From positions 2,472,180-2,536,179 of the forward strand of contig NW_002060948.1 of NCBI RefSeq assembly GCF_000150275.1: a DNA stretch of 64,000 nt, read 5' to 3'. The DNA comes from Trichoplax adhaerens. Taxonomy: Eukaryota > Animalia > Placozoa. Positions within the stretch are counted from its first letter, which is position 1; each line of letters begins with the position of its first letter. Of the stretch, positions 53,353-64,000 are shown in pieces. Both the position numbers and the translations under genes were made by a program. A model generated the notes under the pieces. It saw only the letters and a program-made list of their open reading frames with translations. It ran no database searches and was not told where the DNA came from.

Positions 53353-56300
53353 TTATTCCGATAAATTATGAATAACATCATCATCGCATTTAACCAGAAT
53401 TTCTGCTGGTTCTATAGGTGATGGATCAGGAGTAATATTTACATCGTTGATACTGTCTCGATGACTATCTTCTTCTTTTATTGTCTCGATCGTACTACTG
53501 CTGCGAATCTTACGTAGATGATAATTTTCTCGATGTGGCACAGTAAGATGAATATCAGCTCGGCTATCAAATGTAGTTATAACCGATGTCTCCGCCATTG
53601 CATGGATTTCATCACTTGATCTTATTCGACCAGCACTGCGATAATCGAATGACGAAAAATCACTCCAAAATGAATCTGCACGCAGTTGTTCGCTAACTCG
53701 ACGTCGTTGAGCGACATCAAACGCAGTAATATTGGAAGCCCTTTTCAATTTATCTGTTTACGGAATAAAGGTTAAAATTAGTCAGAAATTTGATATCTAT
53801 ACCATCTTATGAATAAACTAAAAATAATATCTTAAAATATATTTAGCAAATTGTAATAGATACTCAGTAGAAGTTGATCAACCTCATAAAAATTAATTAC
53901 GTGTAAATCAACTGTATGATAATTCATTAACCAAATTATTATTATTAATTAAAATGAAAAAATCGAAATGCAGATCATTTATGGTCTTATCGACAGGAAA
54001 ATATTGCATTAAATCAAAGAAGTTAATTAAAGAGATTAATTGCAAATTTTTCATAACAGATGAAACCGAATTTCTAAGTAAGATTCTATAATATTAATTC
54101 TAACATACTTTTACTGAGATTTCTTGTGAATGTTCAATAATGCAACTATCAATGTCGCTTACTAGCCATAGCTACTACTATTAACGTATAGTTAAATGCT
54201 CGTAAAGTTCTGCTTTAATTATGTAGTCTTGATATACTTCAGTGAACGTAATTAAATATATCTGCCCATCTTGTTGATTATACTCACTAACAAATATCAC
54301 ATATAAATAGAGTTTTATCTTATAATTTGAAAAACCCCAGCAAATTTTATTAATTTAAATATCGAGTTTATCAACTAGCTTTAAAAATTAGCATAACATA
54401 GATAAACAACCACGCTAGTTTATAAAAGTCGTCATATTTTTTTACAGTAATCTCACAAACTCCTCTTAATATGTCTATTGAAGAATGAGGTAAAAGAAAT
54501 TATCTAACGTTATGATGGCTATTATATCATTTAAACAAGCGCATATCAAATATATAATAAAGTTTATGATGTTTTAAGGAGATTGCAACCGGCTTGCAAT
54601 AGAAGTTTCTCAATTTATGAAAAACAAAATCAAGAATCAATTATCTTATGGATGAAATGTCCACCTTACACTCTTCAGAAAAAAGATAATTTGAAATATT
54701 GTTCATTTAGGGTATTACCGATAAGAGGTATTCAGTAAAAGTCAAATGGACTAATTAAATTGATTTAATTGTAACTTGAAGATAGAATCGAATATCTACG
54801 CAGATCTTACTATCTCTTTTATCTTATTAATTTAATTTAATATTATATCTCGGGCAAACCTAGTGAAAATAACCAGGAATCTTAAATGCTGGTCACATAA
54901 AATTAGACATAGATATATAGCTACTTTAGTGACAAATTATATGTAAATTGTAATAAAACCTGTGCTATCGACTCTACTGGGTGTGTAGATCACGTAAAAA
55001 TTCATAATATCAGATTTTATTACTGATTTTCTAACGATTGAGATACAACGTAATAGTACAACAAGCTCTGACAGACAAGGAAAAAATTTCTTGCAACAGA
55101 AGACATTATAAAAGAAGAACTAAAAACAATAATAACCGAAAAATATAGTTGCATAAATACGATGCTTAATTTGTTTACGATACAAAGATTGCGAACAAGA
55201 TCACTTACAGTACTTAGTATAAGATCGAAATTCTATATTTAGTATTACATTCTACGAAGCTGAAATCAATATGCTTGAACTATCATAAAAATTACTAATA
55301 TCTATCTACTACTGTCAACAGTCCCAGATTTGGTAATAATCTTAAGTTATATCTAATTTATTTCTATATAACATATTGACAACAATAACTTATTATCTAA
55401 TAGCTTCACTACAAAATTTACCATCTGATTTAGAATTAATGTTATACACTTTTGAGTTAAAAATGAGCATTAACGTGAAATGATCAATTGATCATTTAAC
55501 TACCCCGTAATGTAATACCTTATTTATCGATTCCCACCTTTAAGGTAAAAACTATTGAATCTTTTCAATAGTAAATTAGTTAATATAAGTTATTTGTAAA
55601 ATGTAAAAATATTTTAAAACTATAATAATACAACATTTATAGAATTCGGTCACAGATAGAATATAAGAAATAATTATAGAAAGGAAAACTATTCTCTCGA
55701 AATGTTTAGGCAAGGTGACATAATCACCTTTGGCTATTTATCTATTGTATAATGTTGAAATGGAACGTTACTTTAAATTCGTTTACAATAACATTTACCT
55801 ACAGCTAGTATTTAGATTTTAATTTTAAAATTGCAAAAACAATAGCCACGTTAACAATTAGTCATTTATTAAAAACAGAATTAAGCTGACAAAGAATTAC
55901 TTCCCAACTGAGGAAAGCTTCCATTGCACTATTCTCGGTGACAAGGTTAAAATTAATGCTAAATTGATACAAAGGTAAATTTTGTTAAAATAATATTATT
56001 GTAAAGTTAACAAATTAAAAAAAAATTAATTATTATTTAAAGTAATTGAAGGAAATCTATAATATAATATAGGAGACAAATTAACTAAAATCGAAAGTAT
56101 TGAAACTTATTTAGACGAAAAGTAATTTTTTACTGCTGGGAATTTAAATAAAAATAATGATTAACATAAAATCACATCTCTTGAACTTGTGATCGTATGG
56201 ATGAGACAGATTCAATATCAAATGTATCGCAACTCTACTAGCAGAAATAATAAACAAATTTTCAAACACAGACAGACAAAGATGTCTTATCAAAGGAATA

Positions 56301-59300
56301 ATATCAAAATAAATCTGTAGGTTAGATTATTTTAAAATGAAGTCACCAAAAAGTAGTCAGAAATTAGTATCACATGTAAAAGTCTAGGGAGAACAGAAAA
56401 GTATTGACGCAATAAAACTGCAATTGTACATATAAAAGAAATCAATATTAAGTATATAGGGGTACAAATTCTACAGCTACAATACACTTTTAAGCGCTAA
56501 CATACTAGATCACAATCAAATCTTTAATGAAGTTACACCTTCTAGAAGACCACGGAATAATTAAATAAAATATCGGGTGAGATTTATCAATATTTCATGC
56601 ATATTAAGAATGTAGATTAAAAATTGTTGAAAATTAGAATACATCGTAACAGAACTAGCTACCGCTTAAGAAAAACTTTTTCTTAAAATGTACCCCTTCC
56701 TTTAGCTACTTGACGTATTAAAAGATAAGATAATCAATACTGTAATTTATTGTTTATTAATCTTGTAAATTAAAGCTAATTTGATCTATTCTATGTGATA
56801 TTGAAATAATAATCATAAATATTCGTGACTAAGATACGACGACTTCGACAGAGAAACAATGTATTTATCTATACTCGTAATATAAGCATTATAATATTAG
56901 CAGTAGAATTATTGTTTATTCTAAGCAGATGCAGCTGTACTCATCCGAAAGGATTTTCTTTCATTACTCCACAAAGAAAGTAATGAAATGGACTATGCGA
57001 TTGCTATTCTATTTAAGTTTGCACGACGAGAAAAAGTAACTATTGTATTTTAAATTTGGAGTGTCGATCCTCCTTAATCTTCTCTCATTTGAGATCGCCA
57101 TATTACTTTTAGAAAACAAAATAAATTTAGTAGAGTGTTGATCATAGTCTAATTGATTGTTTATTACCTTGGGTATGGAGAGATGGCGGTTTAGGATAGC
57201 CAAAATGAGACGCCAGTTTCTTAATAACGTAAATAAACGCCCGTTTGTAACGTGGGCACATAAAGCAGTAAATAAATGGATTGACAACTGCATGGATCAT
57301 CGTGATTGCACAGCATACTTCAATTAGCCATTGCATAATCATAATTTTGAACTGACCGAGGATAGTAATAACCTAGATTTAGAGCCATAAAAGAATTTTT
57401 AATTATTTTAAATGATTAAATAGATAAAAGAAGTGATCCATGAATAAATAATTACTGTAGAAATTTAGTAATTTATTGATGTACATATTCATGTCATGAA
57501 CGCAGTATTTAATATTAGAAGGAGAATGCTAAATTTTATGTCACTTTAAGCTGTAACAATTGTGTCTTGTGCACAGGTATACCCATGAAAGATAAATGAA
57601 TTAATACTAAGCAGATTAATAATTAGATAAATGAATAGATCGATAGAACGATCAATAAACTAGTGGATAGATAGAATTGATAGAGGTAAACAAATAAGTG
57701 GATGAATAGATAGATAGATAGATGGCTTGATCGATCGATGATTGATTGATTGATTGATTGACTGATAAACTAATAGTTAGATAGATGGATAGATCGATAA
57801 ATAGATATTGTACAGCAGATAGATAAGTAGATTAGCAGATGGACTGATAGATAGACAAATGAATAGATGGGCAGTCGAAAGGATAGAGAAGTATTTCAAG
57901 AATTAGCTAGATAGTATAGATCATATTAGAAAGAGACAACTAATATGGATAAATAATTAAGGGGATGATGAAAAACAGTAAAATAGATAGCTAAAACAGA
58001 TATTGTTAGATAGTGTCTAAGCAACTATATTGTGGCCTCATAATAATTATCATAATAAGACCTAGAAACGATAATAAAATCGAAAATTAGACAAAGTCCT
58101 TGATAATATTAAACGACTAGTGAGATTCTTTATCACGTAATTTTTCGTAGCCCTTAATCACAGAATAGATCAGTTGTTGTCTATTAAGGAATAATAAAAA
58201 TTCTTTACATTGTAGCTATAATGATGATGTTATTATCTTTCCATACTTTTAAATTGATCAAAACGTGACAATAGCTATTCAACTATCAAAATAACTCTTG
58301 AGTTTGAAAAATTTATCTTATTTTGATTTTGTTCTTCCTTTTAGAACCATTTTGTTGCCTGCGGAGGAGCAAAATTTTATTATGATGATCATCATTGATG
58401 TCTTAATGCTCTTTCTATTCAAAAACCTTTAAATTAAATGAATATGAAATGATATAAAATGGGCGTAAAATTTATCGATCCGATCAATGTATAAAAATGT
58501 TATTGTCCTATCAAAGGTTCATAAATTAAAATTGTCATCTAATCGATAGGTGATGGTATCAACCGACGCAGTGGTAGAGAGAATACGATAATAAAGTGTC
58601 ATTAAATTACCGGTGATTAGGTGCTTAATAGCTCTGACAGTCATTAACATCTTCAATATGATGGAATGATGTGATATATTTTTGTTATTGTTGTTAAAAT
58701 CGATTAAAATGTGTTATTATTCCTTGAATATTCTACCTGATAACTATGTTGCAATTCATTCAAATAAAAAACTATTTTACTAAAGATGGGTAAAATTCTT
58801 GCCCTTTCATAGAGTAAAGGAATTTTGAAAAGTTTTTTTCTATATATTGAATCGTAGTTGTAAGGATCAAAAAAATAAGAGATTAACTCAAGCCGAAATT
58901 TTATTCTGTATAGAGAATCACTTTAAACTAGCTATTCCAGTTAAATGATGACCTTACTATTTTTAGATAGATTTAACAAATCCACTTACAAAGCCCGAGC
59001 CTAAAACTAGTGCTTATGCATTATACTGTTAAATTATCGTATCTAATCGCTATCGAAATCGAATACCGGTAGTTAATTCATTTTACTTTTAGTTGCGATG
59101 AAGGTGATATTTAAGTAATTGACTAATTAAACGGTAATCATGATTGAGGAATTAATCAAGATTTGGAAATGTACCAATACACAAATTGATTAAAGAAGCA
59201 CATGTTCAATACTACAATTGATCAAAATGCTATATCAACACTATCGGGTGCAATCAAATCTGCCCAAGAATAGCATCCATATTGGCTGTTATACCTAGTC

Positions 59301-62018
59301 TAATTATTGAAGAGTTAATTTCTTTCGATAACTTAAAAGGAATCAACTAAAAGCAAACAAAATCAGCATGATAATAGAGCGATTTCTGAGAAATTATTAT
59401 TCCTCTTAAACTGTACCATAGAAATTTTATACGAGCATCATGCACAGACTGAACTAATGGCGGAGGGGAAAAAATCTAATGATAACGTAGAATAATAAAA
59501 AATTTTTATTCGTAATCAAATCATTATCAGGACTCTTTACTCTTGGGCATGAAGGCTTTATCAATACAGAGAGTAGTAATGATGGATGAAAACTATGAAA
59601 TAAAAAGAGCTTCTAATAGATATAATTGCACTAGAATAATCGATGTTGTGTCGACGGAAATAGTAAGCAGAAATCTCACATAGGCTCAAAATGGATGAAA
59701 AATTAAATGATTTTATAGCCGTTCAGTAGGATAGCAATGGCTAAATTCTGATCATCAGATTGACAATAGCTTTTTGGGTTATGATCTAACATTGAAAAGG
59801 CTAACATGAAGGTACCTAGTCTAAGAATGGCAACTTTTAGCACTTATTGTAGCGAGTTATACTATCACCTAAGTGTAAACTTTTCCAATTTTAGCTTTCT
59901 GGAGTACCTAATATATACTGTATATACCGATCGGCAAACACTATTTCTGTTCATAATTTCATTTTAGTTACTTAGTTATTTACAAGAGATATATCACAGA
60001 AGGTACCGGGCAAGATGCAATCTATTCACCAATAAAGACTTAACAGTAAAATTAAGGAGAATTGATTATTAGAATGGAATGGATCTTGTCCAACAGTGAA
60101 GCATAATAGAGAATGGATTTACTCTTAAAATAAATCGTCTCTAAAAGTGAAATATAGAAGAGAATGCATCTTGGGAATGGGATTGATCCACTCTATCATA
60201 TCATTATGTCCAATTCATCAGTTCGAAAGACCTACGATTTTCTGTAGGCATTTAATAAGGATGATAAATAATAATTCATCTTTAAAAATAGCAACGGTCA
60301 TGATTTAAATTGTTGAATTTCAAATCACGAACAACCCATCGTTTTATCAATTGTATCGCTGACCAATTTAAAATAAACGCCAATATTTGTACACACCCTT
60401 AATATATTTCAATGATCATTTGCAATGGATTCCTTCCATCGTAATAGTTTATCCTAATACTGCGACTTTCAGCAAGTTAATAACTATGTTTTAAAGAGCA
60501 TCTTCATCTAGTCAATTTCAATGATTTCCATTTCTCGAGACGTAAATGATAATATAATGACTGATCTATCTAAATAGAATATTTAATTCATACTTTATGA
60601 TTGAGGACTGCAAGTTAGTCATTTATGGTTAACATAATGTTTTCGACATGTTTCCAATATCAGAATGAATGGATGGGCTAGCAGATTCTGATATTCGGGA
60701 AGGGATTTAAATTATATTTATTTTCATCTGTTATTTCCCCATCTCGCTAATTTGGTAAAGTAGGTAAAATAGATTCGTGAAAAAAAAAATTGAACAATTT
60801 AATATGGCTGTTTTCCTCTTCTAAGATATTCAAATATTCAAATAGGGCAAAGATAAATGAAATTAGCAATAAAGTAGGTGATGGCACGATTGAACTTACC
60901 AGTAATGGTATCCAGCTAATGTAAGCAATCAAGACTATAACACCAATCATTTTAGATAATCGAGCTGTTAATATTCTTCGGCGCGTGCCAATCGTCATTA
61001 AATTAATGGTTCCTTCCAGAGTAGATCCAATAGAAAGTGAATTTGTCCTTCGATCACTGATACAAACGCTATTTCGATGAAATGGCGGCTGATGATTACT
61101 AGTCATGGAAGCAGAATCAGGCTGGCTATGATGACTTATGGATGATGATGGCTGCGATGATTGCTGTCGTAAGGAAATGGGCAAACAACAGCAATTGGAT
61201 GAAATCGCTGGTCGGTGATAGCACAAGGTGAATGGATTACAGCGATAGCGTAGTAAAGAAAAAATATGTCGATGACGATGATGATGATGTTGTCGATGGC
61301 TACTGCTGCTACTAATGCAACTGCTATGAGTTGGACGACGACGACGATGACGATAATAAGGAAGAAGATTTCGCCATGTTGACTGACAGCAGAAATGTCG
61401 CCAGCAATGTCGGTTAACATTGGCAATTTTAAGTAGGATAGATACAAAGCAATATGTTACAATTAAGAATTGTATGGCGTGCAAAATTAGGAAGAAAATA
61501 GCAAATTGACCATTAAATGAATAAATACAGAGGCTGCTTGCTGAGATAAAATGATCCCAACCAGTTAATGGTAAGCAAGCTAATCCAATGGCTACCAGCC
61601 ATGCAAAATATAAGCATCGTTTCAAGACAGTCACACTTACTGTCACTAAATAACGTAATGGTGAGCCAGTCGCTAATATCCGATCAACAGACATAAATGT
61701 GATTGTAAAACTACTTACTAAGAGTACTGTAGTCATGATAATGCCGGAAAATTGGCATAGCCATGAGGGGACATCATCTTGAGATGCTAACATAGAGTAG
61801 ATTGCTATAGGTAAGAGCAACGTGACAGTTACTATATCCGCAATGGATAGAGATGCAATTAAGATATCAACTTTAATGGTACGATGAAATTGGCGTAAAC
61901 CTGCCAAGATGATAGTATTGCCAACAAAGACCAAGGTACCGATTAAAATAAAAGTTGAAAATCGAATCCATAGAAGTGAATGAAAAGTCGTTGAGCTGCT
62001 ATCACTACTATTCATCAT
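53353..62018 (-). CDS. Rhodopsin-like (class A) GPCR, 3 coding exons, ~574 aa
   Basis: Exon 1 62018-60900 covers TM1-TM6 (GN, SLSIAD, WLCQ, MSVDRILA, AW, LPLTGW, ISWIP|gtaagt). Exon 2 57372-57168 covers TM7 (AVVNPFIYC) and helix 8. Exon 3 53753-53353 is a Ser/Thr/acidic tail. Splice phases 0 and 1 match and the total of 1725 nt is in frame. Confidence 0.85.
57620..57920. repeat. Degenerate (GATA)n/(GATT)n/(GATC)n tetranucleotide microsatellite in GPCR intron 1
   Basis: gatagatagatagatgg, gatcgatcgat and gattgattgattgattgattg tracts. Confidence 0.9.
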
Positions 62019-64000
62019 CTTTATCAATTAATACTCAATAAGTCGGAGGATATTAGCTAAAATTGGTTATTAGTCAATTAATTTTCTTAAATTACCTAAA
62101 TGAAGATACGTGAAAGAGTCGATAGATGATAATTTCAGCTAGAAAAATGATTTATAGTCATAGCCAATCTAGACATGCAAGTTGTTCATCAGATTTGATT
62201 CGGCAAGATAAATTGTTTAATAACTCCTCAAGGGTAATACTGTAATCGACGTAAAACGATGTTGGCTTTGATTTTGGTTGAATATAGGAGTACCTTGAAT
62301 GATCCACGCAATGAAGAATAGATAGAGTTTAATCTTACTTAATTAATTAATTGCAGCTATGACCAATAACAACCAGTTTGTAAGATAGTATCCAGTCCAG
62401 ATCTTAATCTCGATCCAAAAATGTTTTTTTAATATGGTTGCTGTTTTTTTAGTGCAGTTGACCTAAACTCTTTTCGACTTGTATTTCTGATCAGAGCATA
62501 AAATGACTTTTTGATCTTGATGTGAACTATCCTTACCACGTAACAATTTACATGAACATATATATATATATATAGATAACTGTATTTATATATACCTATA
62601 TATGTATATATATAGCGTACTATGGGACTAAAACTGCAATGAAATGATGATAAAATATGAATATTGAGAATAATCAAGCAGGTAATGGTGATTTAAAATT
62701 ATTCTAAAAAACCATGGAGTAAACTATTTTCAGTCTTAATTTTTATCCTGCCTTTGTCACTTTATAACTTTGATGATGAGCATACCTGATAATTGCGATA
62801 CATTGATATAAGTAATAGAACCTAAACTGCAATAAACGACGGGAAAAGTGATAAATATTCAATCTTGATAATTATTTTTTTAAATAAGAAGAATAAATTA
62901 ACCTAGTAATAGTAGCTTAAGGTTCTCAATGCCTAATATCCAAACAAGTTGAAAAAATGATACAATTGAATATAACATCAAAGAGAGAATTTCCTTTTTT
63001 AGATTGGTTAAATTTGTTAATGCAATATTAAACTGGGTAAATTCACAGATTAAGAAACGACGAATACTGCTGGCAGTGGCATAGATAGATAAAATCGTCC
63101 AATAATTACCAACTTACAATAATAATTTAATCGTACTTGAATATCTCCGTATAAATCTGTAATTGTTCTCAACATAAATTGAGCATAGCTCAAAATGACA
63201 AAGTCGAGAGTAATAAAAAAAGTGAATTCGAATGAGTCAAGTATTAATTAAGAACTATAAATATAAATTGATAAAGCTGTTAATAAGAAATGCTAAAGGC
63301 GATTGATGATGGTGGAGATAATTTCATGTAATTTAAACTAGGTCGAAATTTATCATTCTTTCAACAAAACCAGAAATTATGAGATAGTATTAAAATTTAG
63401 TATGATAATAAGATTTAAAAATAAGGAGAAATAGATAAGACAAGGCTTAACAAATAGACAGGCTGGGTACCTACTAGATTTAAGCCTAATTCTAGCAATT
63501 CTATCTAATAATTCAACTCGTTTCAGTTTTACAAAATCCTTGAATAGATCGCTTTTAAAACATAGAATACTTCAATTCCAAGCTAATTTAACCTTGATCG
63601 AAGCAATACCTTTCGATCTTGAAATGATAAAGAGGAGAGCTAAGAAAGCAATACTTCACACTATACCATTGACAACATTATATAAAATCAAGGTCAATCA
63701 ATAATCAAAGGCTTTAATATAAATAGCAATGGGCCAAGTAGTTCCGTTCAAACTATCCTTATTAGAATAAAAAAAGACAACGTTGATAAATATACGAGCC
63801 TAGGTATTGTCGATATTAAAATAGAAAAGGCGAATGTGATCAGATGGTAGAATTTATACGCCGCAATTTAATTAACTCTCAAACTGTCTCCCACTTTCCT
63901 GTTTTGTTTTTGGATCGATCTCCATCCATTAACTGCATAGTACACAAATGGACACGTATGTACATAATCATGGATAAAATGATAATAACTAGCAAATAGT

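Noticed and set aside
56959-56988. Small hairpins (tttcattact...agtaatgaaa; also ~41230 and ~52097)
   Set aside because: Stems of 8-10 bp are expected by chance in AT-rich DNA and are too short for pre-miRNA or MITE calls.
61136-61447. Hydrophobic 103-aa alternative-frame ORF inside the GPCR
   Set aside because: By-product of the triplet repeats (ATC/GTC) in the shifted frame, with a non-ATG start.

Overview
AT-rich eukaryotic (animal) genomic DNA with many short GT-AG introns. The composition, intron size and gene set resemble a compact basal-metazoan genome such as the placozoan Trichoplax; this is an inference and was not verified. Seven genes can be reconstructed by eye: a calsyntenin-like cadherin (-), a ~35-exon P5B ATPase of the ATP13A2/3 type (+), an unannotated-looking secreted cystine-knot-like protein (-), an acetyl-CoA transporter SLC33A1 (+), ZMYND12 (-), an intronless PI-PLC X-domain protein with two N-terminal repeats (+), and a three-exon rhodopsin-class GPCR (-). 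ZMYND12 and the PI-PLC gene are head-to-head across a short promoter carrying RFX X-boxes. Non-coding features include clusters of self-complementary TACAG/CTGTA simple repeats, local tandem duplications (one duplicating an apparent first exon with its splice donor), an ~11 kb ORF-poor tract upstream of the secreted-protein gene, and coding-like decayed segments. No rRNA, tRNA, CRISPR array or intact transposon was recognised.
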